Below, piece by piece: positions 1 to 13,040 of a stretch of 64,000 bases of DNA (position 1 is the first letter of the stretch; each line of letters opens with the position of its first letter). Location of the stretch: NCBI RefSeq assembly GCF_964204645.1, contig NC_134029.1, positions 13,914,850 to 13,978,849 of the forward strand. Reading direction: 5' to 3'. A program made the position numbers and the translations under genes. Below the pieces are notes generated by a model that did no database searches, had not been told where the DNA came from, and saw only the letters and a list, made by a program, of their open reading frames with translations. The DNA is from Tubulanus polymorphus (Eukaryota; Animalia; Nemertea).

Positions 1-1986
1 TATACCAATAAGAATTTAGAATGTTGATAAAATAGTTTCTCATAGTTTGGAAATGGTTCAAACTGAACTGATGTTAAAAATCAAATGAGAAAGAAAAGCG
101 CACACGTGTATCATTGTACAGCATTTCATGAGCGGTGCTGCTATGGCAGCGTGCCAATAATCAATACTTGAACAGCAGTCTAATACTAGACTACACAGGT
201 GCACGGCATTCAATGTATACACAATACATTCAACAAGTGGATACAATCAATGAGCACTAATCCAGTAATTTACTATCAGAAACAACAGATCCAAATGATT
301 AATTGCAAACAGTGGTATAGACTCTCAACTACTATGAGAATGACCTTAGCAATGTTTTCAAAAGTGACTTGTGTAAACACATGAAGAAGGGACTCGACAC
401 CGACTATAGCCTTAGTACAACTTTTTAAACTGAAAATTTGACCTCGACTCACACACCCGGTCAACTTGTACACCGGAAAATACGGTAGTTCAATTGACAT
501 GGATAATCTCATCGAACAACTCATGGGAAAAACCAATCCTCTACATGAAATAGGAACACAGTTAAAGACAAAAATGAGCATTTTTGGAATCAAAGATTGC
601 GACCAGTAGGCAAATACTGAATGGAATAAAACCTAAGATTCATATACTGATAAATAATTACATCTAACATTCACACATGGGAATTATCAATTCGTTACAG
701 GAAAAAATAAATTGCCCATGGGCAAAGTGTGGTTTACCTTGAAAGCTAGAGGTTGTTTGGGGTAAGGGCATTCTGAAGTGACTTCAAAGTTCTACAAGTT
801 TAAATATTGTATTTTATCTTTCTTAAAGGATTATTTTGTAGTCAAATAAGACCAAAGATATACATTTGTTTACGGTCCATATCCAAAATTTCGTAGGGTA
901 CAGGTAGGCGTGGCATGGAAAGTATTTTATATATTCAAAGAAATATTTTTCATAATATGAAAAAATATTCAAATACAGTTCATATGATGTCACATATCAG
1001 AGGGTGGCTAAATGTATGGCCGCGGAAGCTAAAATACTGGTGCAGTAAGAAATCGGCGTATTAGATCGTTTTAAATCCTGGAATTTACCACTACAATATT
1101 AAGACCTCGAGCTATACCTATAGTTTGCTGCTTAGTATTTTCAGGTCACAAGAAATCACAATTTATTACAAATTCTATCAAACAGAAAACGCAGCGCTCA
1201 TCTTCTGCTGATGAAATGTCAAACGCACCAGCAAGCAGCGTTACAGTATCACTATAGTAGTGTATACTGTACGCGCGTGTGTTTGTGTTTGCAACAGTCT
1301 AATCTAATGATTTCCGCGCGCATGTGGGGCCTTGTGTAAGTGAATGTTCGCTTACACTTTTATGTCAATCAAAACAATCACCGGGTATTAAAATGAAACA
1401 ATACCTATGGCGGATAATAATTACATTCTCACCAGTAATGAGCATTTGAAATTCACACGTATACGGCACCTAGTCCAATGAAACGTTCGCCATTCTATGG
1501 CTTTCTCATAATTATTTTAGTAGCGCCGGAATTCCCCGTATATCCCAAAAACAGCCAATCACATTCCCTCGTAGAGACAACGCCCCCCAATCGAGGTCGT
1601 TGCAATTTTATACGCGAGAGCTAAGAATTTTCTCGCCAAAAACAGTTTTTCGTAGAATTTTAACAATGTTGACCATGTCATCGACGGAGGTTCGCCACGT
1701 CTTCAATCGCATTGATTATACGTCGTTTAAGCCGAGAACCAATGAAACAAATGCTCACATAAAAAACATACCGTGATTTTACATGAATTGGCTCAATGCC
1801 AACTTCATATCGCTGACAAAGGTAAACCAAAAAAACATTTCCAGCTATCAGCCAAAATGTAAATTTTTAAAATAAAAAATGGCTGTCAGTCAGCCAGCTT
1901 GTATGTAATTACCATCTGGATTCATCTACCAATACATAACCAATGAGATCAACCTTTTGTGGGGGTTTTGGGGGCCCACCCCCATA

Positions 1987-2739
1987 GGTACGCGGTAATA
2001 ATGCCAGAGGTAAAAATGCCATAGCTAATAATGCCAGAAGTAAAAATGCCAGAGGAAATAATGCCAGAAGAGTAAATTGATTCAATGATTATAAGAAACA
2101 AGTGTATCAAAACTTATAAACTATTCATTGAATTGTTGCTTTGATGTTATGAATTACAGCGAACTAACTCGTCGTAAACTTTTTGATTTTAATTATCATA
2201 CCAATTATTATACCTAGAAATATGATTGAACTGCACATTCACATTCAATATGAAAACTCTGAGCATTCATTTATCAATATTCATTAATTTAGAAATGTGT
2301 TATATATCATATTCTATACTATGTTCGCTTTTTGATATTTATTATACAAGAATATGTGCATTAATTTATTTATTTCCAATGATCTGAAAATATGTTGTAT
2401 CTCAATATCATCTTGTGCAAATAAGAATATCAATAATTTCAATGAATTTCTTGCTTATGTCAGACTTTATTTTATAAATTTGTGATTCTCTTTTATCTAA
2501 TAAATTTGTAATTCATTTTAAATTTTTATTAACGAAGGAATATGCTATGTATATCTAAACTGTGCATGTAAAATCTAGTGTAAATAAGAATATGAGGTCC
2601 AATGTTCATAAATTCTTCGCTTAATTTTCCTCATATTTCCTTCTGACATTTTTACATATGCCGTGATTTTTCTTCTGGCATTTTTACTTCTGGCATTATT
2701 ACCTATGACATTTTACCTCTGGCATCATTACCTGGATTC
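1987..2739. mobile_element. Foldback-type MITE with subterminal 15-bp tandem repeats
   Basis: Left arm has tandem GGTAA(T/A)AATGCCAGA units (1994-2070). Right arm has the inverted units TCTGGCATT(A/T)TTAC (2640-2735). Interior is AT-rich and non-coding. No clean TSD. Confidence 0.7.
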
Positions 2740-3182
2740 GGATCTCACCCATAATATCATTAAAGATCAGAGGTATCCAGATGCATTTTAATGTTTTCTC
2801 GAAACAGGATTGGCACTAAATGCCTATTACAATTGTTGAACCATTTCTTTCAGTTTACTTGATAAAGTGAACATGTCACAAGAGATTCTAAAAATACATA
2901 ATCTATTTTTTTTTAAATTTTAAGTTTCTCGTTATCGGTAAGAAATATCTCAGACCAGTAGGACCTTTGGCGATGTCACTGTGCTTAGGTACATATCTGA
3001 TTTCTATGAAGGTCATTCTTATTACATTATCTTTCAAACTGTATGCTCAGTCTTACCTCAGACTGCAAGGCATAGTAATATGAAACTTTTCATGTAGTAA
3101 ACTGACAACAGAATAGGTGGATATGACGTGAAGCATTGCTGGTAAATGAAAACAAATATGCCGATGTGTTGTAAGTTGATTA

Positions 3183-4152
3183 GGCCTAAAATAAAAAAGT
3201 CTATGCTTCCGGTCCACCGACCGACCTGATCAACAAGGTGCCGACCCTAAATCTTGGGAAGTTTAGAAAATAGTTGATAGCAAACAGTTATTTTTTCTAT
3301 GAACAACTTTTGTTTTGTTGTTCATATCAGGGTCTTCAACTAGTTGACGCGCTAAAGCATTTTGTTTACACCAGACCGTTGGCGTGAGCTGACATACACG
3401 TGATACACAGATCAGCCAGCTGTCACCCGGGCAACCTATACACGGAGCGAGCGCCTTACTATACAGTACTACAGCAGCATGCGCCTACTATGCAGTGAAC
3501 ACTGCACTGAAAATATCGATAACATTGCACATCTCCTTTTGCCATAACCCAACGCAAGATGATTTATTTCATAATGTATCAATTCAAGACTCTGCTTTAT
3601 CTATTTTGATCTTAATAAAAAACAAATTGAAATAGATAGAAAGTACTTGTAAACAAAATCTCCTTGTTTTGCTGCCAAGCAGTTGTATTGGTTCCCTGCA
3701 GTGATTAGTGTGAATGATACAATGGCGGCTGCTGACAGATCGCGATGATGGATTTAGAAGATATTATAAGCATGAAGAACCTAATAATAACAAACTGGAA
3801 ACAAAACGAAAGAGTCATCAGACTTGTTCACAATCAAAAAGAATTGTAAATAAAGATTTCATAATAAAGTTTGCTGTTTGGTAGAGAATTTAATATTTAA
3901 TTTTAATCCTCGTTATTTCAATCTGTCTCATCAATAAATAAATGACTGGACATCGAAAGATTTCATTGTATGTGATTGCAACCATTAGCGAAGACTGGTC
4001 TGTCCCATATGACAATCTACTGTGCATGCTTTAGGACTCTGGGCATATCGCATTAATGTGTTGAACACCCAAAAAAAAATGAAATTCCCTACCTACCTAA
4101 CCATAAAATCATACTAGTGGGACCAGAAACAAAGAATTTTTTATTTTATGCC
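3183..4152. mobile_element. PIF/Harbinger-like non-autonomous element
   Basis: Imperfect TIRs GGCCTAAAATAAAAAAG..TTCCGGTCC / GGACCAGAAAC..TTTTTATTTTATGCC, flanked by TTA on both sides (3180-3182, 4153-4155), matching the TWA TSD of Harbinger. Confidence 0.6.
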
Positions 4153-4827
4153 TTAGAGTTAATAAATACCCAGGAATACCTGCTTGAGCCAATATTTTCC
4201 AGTAATCAAGAATTCCTGCCTGCTAATTTTTCCATCCTGTAAATCATAAAAATTTCAAAATTGAATGTAACAAAACGAATTTGCATGATATCAAATTAAA
4301 TTAATATTTATAAGTAACCATTTAATGATCACATATGATATAAGTTAATAATGCTGTTATCCATATCTTGTCCTGTGACTATGTGAAAAATACAATGTTC
4401 ATTAATTTTTCATAATTTGTTACAAATTGCTTGGTCATCACCTACTGTAACCGGCTGGTTGTTGTATCGGCAGGCTGGCTGGGGAACTAGCATTTACACC
4501 AGCGGTACAGGATTCCATGCATCAGGAACAACAAGGCAGTTAAACCTTATATGTACAATCTTTATTGCATCCCGGAATGAGAATGATTATCATAGCTTTA
4601 CATAGTCTTTATATACAGAATCATGAGTATAATGAGAGAACTAGGTGTCAGACAAGTTGTAGACATCAGGACTCACAAACAAACACCTAGTGACACGTTT
4701 GAGAGACATTAATTAATTATCAATGAGCACTGACTATAGCTAATTATTGTGAAAACATATTGAGTAATGTCACATGTTGATTACGACCTTAAAGCACATA
4801 TTGACACTATAGTCATAAGTTATATTA

Positions 4828-4860
<33 letters not shown>

Positions 4861-4868
4861 CATTATTA
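4828..4868. repeat. (TAT)n microsatellite
   Basis: Seen directly in the sequence. Confidence 0.9.
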
Positions 4869-5075
4869 ATATGTAGTAGAGCTATGAAATGTTATGAACT
4901 GATTGATATGACATTGTAGATCTATATGATTATGAAATACGCAAATTATATCAGGGTGACACTACCACAATTTGTTAAGTTACTTATAAGCAGTTATCAA
5001 AATGTATTTATTTTGTATGACATAATTCCAAGAATGAAAATGTAGACAATCAATGTTTGGAGTAGGAATAGGCAA

Positions 5076-5656
5076 CTAATCCAAGCCAGGAAGAAGTAAT
5101 CTATGCGCAACTTCGATGTCTTCAAGTGTCACGTTGTCAGCTGGTTGCAATTCTAACTTGTTGATTACAGATATAACTGCGGCTTTACAGTCTTCACTGG
5201 TTCCTTCAGCTAGTAAGGGAACACCATATATGCGGAGATGACTTCTACGGGAATACTGGTTGTTGTTAACTGTTTCTAATTTTAGATTTTTCACAGATTT
5301 TTTAAGCGTTTCTAACTCCCGTTCCGCATTTTGGAGCGTATCGTTATGTTCGTTTAATTTGCTTGACAGTTCAGTAATATGATTTTTCAATTCAATGTTT
5401 TCATTTTCCAAGGATCGACAGCGTTGCTGTTTAATAGTTTCGTAATTTCGAAAGATAGTTCCTTTTGATGAGATCTTTTATCTGTTTTGAACATGTCAAA
5501 GTCAAAATCGTCTTGGCTTTGGTCCTCACTAGTCCCTGTCTTTCTCCGACGACGTTTTCTCTGGGACTTTGAGAGATTAGACAGGTTATCAGTCACCTCC
5601 TCTTCCTCCTTATTACACATTATGCAACAGCGGTTAGAATATTCTCGATAATCCAT
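5076..5656 (-). pseudogene. LINE (L1/L2/CR1-type) ORF1 remnant, frameshifted and truncated
   Basis: Coiled coil followed by NQYSRRSHLRIYGVP...EDC...DIEVAHRL, the ORF1p RRM signature. Split over ORFs 5387-5656 and 5076-5411. Confidence 0.75.
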
Positions 5657-6497
5657 GATAATTCACAGTAAATCGCATAGCCTTGGTGACGAAAATTAGG
5701 AATCAAATTGGTAACCAGCCAGCCGTAAAGGGTTCATGCTTCGACGAACAATGATAAAAAATATCAAGATATTAGCTGTCAGTTTCCACTATATAACGTG
5801 GGTAGTTCATGTACATTATGTAATACGGCAAATAATAAAATTCTCTCTAAGATCACTTTATAAGACGATCGGATAGCAAGGCAAAGAGAGCACATCATTA
5901 TCCAACAGGTTTTACACACACGTTCATCCTGCGATACACGCACTAACCATCATTTTATGGCAGAAAATTACAACTTTAGCGGGAGCAGAAAAAAGCATGA
6001 CCCGCGTTGTCAGCCATCTTGAATGCTGAGACCCAGGTTGGCAGGTCTGGGAGACCATGGCAGTCATGTTCGATCACCGACGATCTGCAATAGGGGTGGA
6101 CATCTCACTGGTCCCTGTCCAAATCCGAATTATAGGCTAACAATTCAATTAGGTGGACATCTCACCTCCCTCAATTATCACACCAAGTTTCATGGAAATC
6201 CATCAGGAATTATAGGCTGCACTGAGCTAACATATAATTTGATTGGTGTCCAATGATGAAATGTTAAATTATGCCACCTAACATAATCTACCTTTTGTAG
6301 GGGGGTGCATCCTCTGACAGGAATTGTTTTTGCAAAAATTTCAATATCTAATTTGCCTCTATGAGAAAATACAATCAAAATAGCTTTTTATGTCTTTAGT
6401 CGACAAATTCATCAGCATTCGTCAGCTCTGATGACCTATATTATCCAAAATCAAACCCATCAACAATATTAAAGTAATATATCTTAACATAATAACA

Positions 6498-7966
6498 AAC
6501 TAGGGGTCCAGGGAAACCATACCCACTTGGGAAGTGGTTTCCGATGCTCAACAATCTAACAATTTCAATATTTAACGTCCCATCTAATGACCTTGAAAAA
6601 TCAAATGACCTTGAAACTCACCACAATCATAGAATATGTCAGCAGCTACAATTTTGTAATTGATTGTGGAAACAAAATATGCCTAGTTACCAATATGATA
6701 CGGAAATACTAAGTATTTCTACTATTCAACGCCCCCTGGTGACCATATGCTAAGCCCTATGACCTTGAAACCCACCATAATCATCGAACATGTCATGAGC
6801 TACAACTTTGCAATTGATCATGGTAAGAAAATATGCCTAGGTACCAATATAATAATAAGGAAATACTAAGTTATTCTACTATTCAACGCCCTCTAGTGAC
6901 CATATAGAATAACTAATATCCTTGAAACTCACCACAATCATAGACCATGTCATGGACTGCAACTTTCCAATTGATTGTGGTAACAAAATATGCATAGGTA
7001 CGAATATAATATAGAAATACTAAGTAAATGCATTGTTCAAGCCCCCTACCCCAAACCCCCCCCCCCCCCGGGTGGCCATATGCAAAAACCAATGACCTTG
7101 AAACTCACCACGATCATAGATCATGTCATGAGCTACAACTTTCCAATGGATTGTAGTAGCAAAATATGAATAGGTACGAATATAATAAAGAAGTACTAAG
7201 TTATTGTAATGTTCAACGCCCCATGGTGGCCATATACAAGAACAAATGACCTTGAAAATCCCTACGATTATAGTCCATGTCATGAGCTACAACTTTCCAA
7301 TGATTGTGGTAACAAAATATGCTTAAGTATCAATATAATGTGGAAAAACTTTTTTCCACCAACGAATGAGTACTGATGACACCATGACCGCTGCCAATTG
7401 CGTCATAATTGCGTCATAATTGCCTGATCAAATATACCTGTATCAGGTAGGCCCTATATGAGATCCCTTTTCAAAGAATACCCATCACAAATTGCAATGA
7501 AAAATGGCAAACCATTAGGAAGCTACAGGACTCAGAATTCAGACCAAAATTGACATTTTTGGGCACAAAAAAGGTCACAGGACGGCCATCTTAGGTCCGA
7601 TCGACCCAATTTTTGTTATGCTGATGGGCCCTTGGGGGATACAAATATATACGAATGATCGAGATAATTGATAAAAGCATCTTCAATATTTCCTTCGAAA
7701 ACTTCGAAAATGTGTAAAAAAGTGCTGATTTTGGCGAACAACAATGGCTGCCAGTCGGCCATCTTGAATGTGACAGGGCCAGTTTTTGGGCTGAAGATGT
7801 GTCTAGGGTAGATACATGTATAAGTAAATATCAAGATATTACCTTGAAGTGTCTTCAAAACTTCCTAAAATAACTGGATTCCGTCTATGGATGGATGGAC
7901 GCTATGACGGACGGACGAAAAGTGAAGGCAATAGCCCGCTGGGACTAAAGTCCCAAGTGGGCTAAA
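6498..7966. mobile_element. Helentron-associated non-autonomous element (HINE/DINE-1-like), copy 1
   Basis: AACTAGGGG start; subterminal inverted repeats CCCACTTGGGA / TCCCAAGTGGGC; ~120-bp tandem array (TTCAACGCCCCCTGGTGACCATA...TGACCTTGAAACTCACC); (GGAC/GGAT)n microsatellite; terminal stem-loop AGCCCGCTGGGACTAAAGTCCCAAGTGGGCT; A-run flanks. Confidence 0.75.
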
Positions 7967-9626
7967 GATCATATACAATATGAAGTGAGTAATTATCTGT
8001 GAACATAAAAAAAAACTAATGCACAGACCGGAAATCAAGTTAAAATCTAGGAAGGCATGTTATAAGCCCTGTTATAAGTCATCTTTAATGAAGAAATTAA
8101 TGAATCAAATGTTAGTCAAACTGAATGTTGGTATACATGGTAGAAATGAATCACTCTTACTTTATCATCGTCTAGTAAAGAAAATATTTCTTGTTCCTCA
8201 GAGGGCAGGATCTTTCCAGGTTTGCCATTATGAGCAATGACATTAATCAATAATGAATTGAATTCTGATTTGTCCAGATATCCATCACTACAAGTTAAAA
8301 ACACATAACATCTTTAAAAATGAAATTATTGGAGATTGCCAGCTACTATTTTTGATGCAGTACAAAGGGTCCAGAGACAACAAGTGGTCAAAAAGTGGTT
8401 TGAAATGCTCAACAATCCAAAAATTTCAATGTCAGTGGTGAACATATGAAAGAGGAACCACCAAGTTTATGGTCAACTTCGTATTTTTCCAAAGCTTTTG
8501 TTCGTTCATATCAAATAGGCCTAATAGTTAAGAATAAAGTCTTGTTGCCAAATTAACAATATAGGGGTTTGTTTTTGACATTTTACCTAATTAGGGTTAT
8601 CTGTTACTTCACAGAAAACCCTATTGATAATGGCGTGTGTCTTATTATCATTATTTTATTCCACACTATTTTTACTAAAAGAACATAGGCTTTGTTACCT
8701 TATCGCTGTTGCCGATACAATCCGTATTATATCCTTCAGCTCACTTCGATCTACAAATACCAGTGTTCTCGCTGGTTCCAAATTAAAGCATGGCGGCACG
8801 ACCCCATAACAGGAACGGGGGGGGGAAGGTCCGACGAGGCTCCTCCGGAAAAATTTTATATTTCTAGGTATTCAGATGCGGTTTCCCAGCATTCGGGGCC
8901 CTAAGTAACTAGTTGAAATTCGGGAATTTTCATGTAGCAGCGATCATCGGTAGTTGTTCGAGGCACTTTTCTGCCGTATATTGGTAGGCTTACGTGCATT
9001 AAATAGTTCCATGTTCTCATATCTGTTAATATAATTTAATCTTATCATTAACAGCTTAGAGGAAGCATTCAATAATTTCAATTTGCAAAATATTTTGGTG
9101 ACTTTGATGAGTTATGATGATTAAATTGTTCGTCTCGATAGGAGACTAGAACAAGAGGCCCATGGGCCTTGAAGCATTGGTAGATAATACTGTGGTAATA
9201 AGTGGTTATAATGTTTTACATCTGCAAATCTTCTATGACGATGTTGATTGGGAGGACCACAGACTTAAAGGTCTATTTGTCTAGTACGATTTTATTCCTG
9301 AAAATGAATTTATTTTCTGCCGAACGATTTAGCCTAGGCTATTTGTACTGTTAAACCTCATTAATGCGATTCTGTTAAAAAGACGAAACTAGTTTTCCAT
9401 CATGTCCCAGCCAAGATATTTATATCAATCAAGATTTGGATACAAAAACCCATTTTTACGCATGAAATGTTAGGCCCCACTGAATAATGAAAACAAAAAC
9501 AGAACGATTTTTCTGAATGCAATTGCAAGACCCTCTGATCTTAGAGCTCCAAGCTCTGATGCATGTACGCATGCAAAACGTCGCAGAGAGCGATGCCGGC
9601 GTTGGTGTCACTGAGGCCGGCTGGTG

Positions 9627-9850
9627 ATTGTTTGTTTGTCTTTTTGTTTGTTTTTGACTTTACGTACGTCTTTGGATCTTGGTTTCCCAAGACTATTCCT
9701 ATTGGATTGTTCATCTAACCTCACGACGGTACGGCCTTTGAAGTGTTGCCCGCACACTGTTCGCAGCCAGCAGGACTCAAACCCACTTGTAACTCAGCAT
9801 TGATAGTGGATTCAACAGCATCACGCTTATCTCACTGAGCTACCGAGGCT
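9627..9850 (-). mobile_element. tRNA-derived SINE
   Basis: Minus strand begins GCCTCGGTAGCTCAGTGAG (A box), has GGGTTTGAGTCC (B box), and ends in an (AAAC)n-like tail at 9627-9656. Confidence 0.6.
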
Positions 9851-10633
9851 GCTCGATTCAATTCCAAAAAACTACAGCAGCGGCAAATAACCATCGCAAT
9901 ATTGCAATTTACGACAAACAACGCATAAATTCAATCACTGTTGTTTAACGCATGGAAAAGAGAATAAAAGGTATTTTTTCCGGCACGCATTACAAAGCGA
10001 ATCTCTGCCGAGTGCGTAAGAGGGTGCTACCGCAAATGAGTGGGCAGCAGGCGGGTAGGGCGTCCTAAAAAGAAAACTTATATTAGAATATAGCCGAATC
10101 GAATTTTACAATGTCAGTCAACTGATTGATAATACAACATGGTTGTTCTCGGCGTACTTAACAGTGATATTTTCCTCCAATAAATAACTCTGGCAAAATT
10201 GAACTAGAAACACACTTTCTAACAGGACGTCGTTTCTATATGTATGCACTTACTTTCATGGGCAACATAAATATCATATGGGTGGAGCAAACAATGCTGA
10301 CTAGAAGCAGTTTCATAAACACTTACAGTAACTATTAGGTGGATCTAGTTGGCGTCATTTGTAACAGTACCAGGCCTAAAATCTGGGCAAATCTGACCTA
10401 CAGCAATTCTATCATAGAATGCAGTAGGTGGCGACAGCAACCCATGTCAATTCTTTTAAACCTGCAGCATTTTTCAATTTCAAATGTGCCGTAGCAAATT
10501 ATCAATTCATTGGAGGGACAAATCTCCATCAAAACACTTTCAAATCAAATTAACAGTCAAATATTTCAGTCACTTCCGAGAAATTATCTACGTCTTAACA
10601 AACTGACTTTCACGATTCCAACAGGACGTCGTG

Positions 10634-10972
10634 TTACCACGATTCTAATGTTTTACGTGAACGGAGTAACAATTTGAAGTTAATATGAAAATGAGAAGAG
10701 AGTTGTTTGTTAATACTTGGTTTTTTGGATTTTATATATAATGCCTCTTTGATGGTGATTTCAAAGTCATTTTTTCCAGAATCAACGATTGAAAAGTTGT
10801 TTTTCAAAGAAAAATTTGATGCACAATTTTTACATGATGTTAAATGTTCCTTAATTGCTGAAGGCAAAGTTCCTTGCTCCTTTACCCTTGTGGCCAAATG
10901 TCGCATTGTTTTACCAATGTATGTGTTATTTGCATCACGCAAACATTTGAATTTATAAATTAAAATCTCCAC
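10634..10972 (-). pseudogene. Penelope-like retroelement GIY-YIG endonuclease fragment
   Basis: LIYKFKC...YIGKTMRHLATRVKE...SAIKEHL...IKEALYIKSKKPSINKQ is the typical PLE C-terminal GIY-YIG domain. Confidence 0.85.
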
Positions 10973-11113
10973 ACATGGTGTCTCATTTTTACTGAACGTA
11001 TTTTGATATGTTTATAATCCATTTGTACTTTGTAAACTAGGCCACTTCACGCCTGCATGATATTCTCTGTAATTAGTAACAGTATACTATACATAGTTTG
11101 TATCTTTTCACGT

Positions 11114-11171
11114 CATTTCTTGAAAAGGACTCGAAGAGATGAGTCGAAATCGATCGAAACGTTTGAAAATG
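11114..11171 (+). ncRNA. Degenerate minimal type I hammerhead ribozyme (Penelope pLTR-type)
   Basis: CATTTC-TTGAAAA(G)-GACTC-loop-GAGTC-GAAA...AAACGTTT-GAAAATG gives a U3-A8 core variant, stem II, palindromic stem III and stem I. Adjacent to the PLE endonuclease. It carries an extra G and a TCGAAATCGA duplication. Confidence 0.4.
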
Positions 11172-11540
11172 TAAATAAACTCAATATCATCATGAAGATT
11201 GTGATAGTTGCGTTCTTATTATTATTTAACTATCTGGATACTCTTCCGAAATTATATAAAATGAGAAGAGTCGGCGCTATTTTTTCGTACTACTATTTTC
11301 GATCCATTTTACTAGCATTGGCATGACGTCATAGACGTCAACCAATGCTAAAAATTGATGCCACTGGCCCGTGTATTCAACGCGCGCTGAGCGCAGTGGT
11401 GTGACCTTTATTAGCATTGATTTCTTTTATTTTTAACACACGGGGAAATCCCTGGATATCTATAGGCCCTATCACCGGCAGTTCAGTACGCGCTCCCGCT
11501 TGCATGAAACGATACAACTATTGACGTATAGAGGCTTTAC

Positions 11541-11637
11541 TAAGTAACTATGAGAATGTGTTTATACAATTATCGATGCACCGGTTATAAGTAACTATGA
11601 GAATGTGTTTATACAATTATCGATGCACCGGTTATAA
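11541..11637. repeat. Perfect 47-bp tandem duplication
   Basis: TAAGTAACTATGAGAATGTGTTTATACAATTATCGATGCACCGGTTA x2. Confidence 0.9.
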
Positions 11638-11948
11638 AATTGAGCGTGTGAACCTGACAGTCTTAGAAAGCTAGATATGTAAATAAACTCCCGATCATTT
11701 TTTTAGCATGGCGGAATTCTTTTAAGCATGGCGTATCTTTTATTTGCGTGGCGGTAAAGTGCCGTAGCATGGCGGGCCGTCGTGCTAAAACCCCTCAGCG
11801 AGAACACTGAATACCTTGTGCGTATTTTGATGAATCAACATTACAAAAGCTCTGCCGGGCTGTAAACATCGAAAATTGGGCCCCATGGAAAAGTGAAAAT
11901 TTGGACTTACATTCGTCATTTACTGAGTGCATGGTTTCCAACATCACA

Positions 11949-11984
11949 AGCCCGCTGGGACTTAAGTCCCAAGTGGACTAAAAA
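11949..11984. repeat. Isolated terminal stem-loop of the HINE-like family
   Basis: AGCCCGCTGGGACTTAAGTCCCAAGTGGACTAAAAA matches the ends of the full copies. Confidence 0.7.
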
Positions 11985-12501
11985 TGATGATTTATCTGGA
12001 CTGCACAACCCTTCTGATTTGACTAAAACCTATTTGAAGTGTGCACGCCGAAAATTAAGCAAAATATACCAAAAAGATCGATGCCAATCGAAAATGAATA
12101 GACTTTAGTAAGCCTACTGGATTGTTGTATTTAAAAAGGTTAAAAGCATTGTTTTAACAATTCATATCATATGAATATTATATCAATTGAGTTTCTCTTC
12201 ATATTGCCTTCATCAGGTGGCACTGTAGTGTGGTGTGCGTACGAATAATTTGCTACTGTACATAATAAGTTATCGTACGGGTCCGTATGGGTAGTCACCT
12301 TGTTTTATGCACTCAGTCAATGAAAGTTCCCGCGCTACAGGGGCCGGGAAATGAAAATTCACGATCCATACCGCCGGGACAGGGCGATCCAGCAAAAAAA
12401 AGAGTGAATTACATACCGGTAACAGCGCAGCTTTAGCGACTAGTCCTTGCGTACGGACCCGATCCACCGCATCAAATACAGGGATGAAAATAGCCCATAT
12501 T

Positions 12502-13040
12502 AACCAGGGGTCCAGGGACACCATGCCCACTTGGGAAGTGGTTTCAAATGCTCATCAATCTAACAATTTCGATATTCAATGCTCCCTGGTGACCATATAC
12601 AAAAACCAATGACCTTGAAACCCACCACAATCATAGAACATGTCAGCAGCTATGATTTTGTAATTGATTGTGATAACAAAATATGCCTCGTTACCAATTT
12701 AATATGGAAATACGAAATATGGAATAATATGGAGTTATTCTACTATTAAGCTATTCTACTGTAGTACATGTCATAAAATACAACTTTGCAATTGATCACG
12801 GTAACAAAATAGGCCTAGGTACCAATCTAATAAGAAAATGCTAAGTTATTTTACTATTCAATGCCCCCTGGTGACCTTATAGAATAACTAATGTCCTTAA
12901 AACTCACCAAAATCATGGAAGATGTCATGAGCTACAACTTTCCAACTGATTGTGGTAACAAAATATGCATAGGTACAAATATAATATAGAGATACGAAGT
13001 TATTGTATTATTCAACACCCCTGGTGGCCATATACAACAA
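12502..13040. mobile_element. HINE-like element, truncated copy 2
   Basis: Same start (AACCAGGGGTCCAGGGACACCATGCCCACTTGGGAAG) and four ~120-bp subrepeats. The other end is missing. Confidence 0.75.

Larger units (their letters stand above)
8761..11809. mobile_element. Non-autonomous TIR transposon with 5-bp TSD (hAT5-like), containing nested repeats
   Basis: Perfect 14-bp TIR CAGTGTTCTCGCTG / CAGCGAGAACACTG. AATAC duplicated at 8756-8760 and 11810-11814. Repeated GCATGGCG subterminal motifs. Confidence 0.7.

Noticed and set aside
58-4605. Short ORFs at the window start, and most 60-120-aa ORFs in 6000-23000 and 58980-63665
   Set aside because: No recognisable domains; they overlap repeats or are antisense shadows, with no consistent exon structure.
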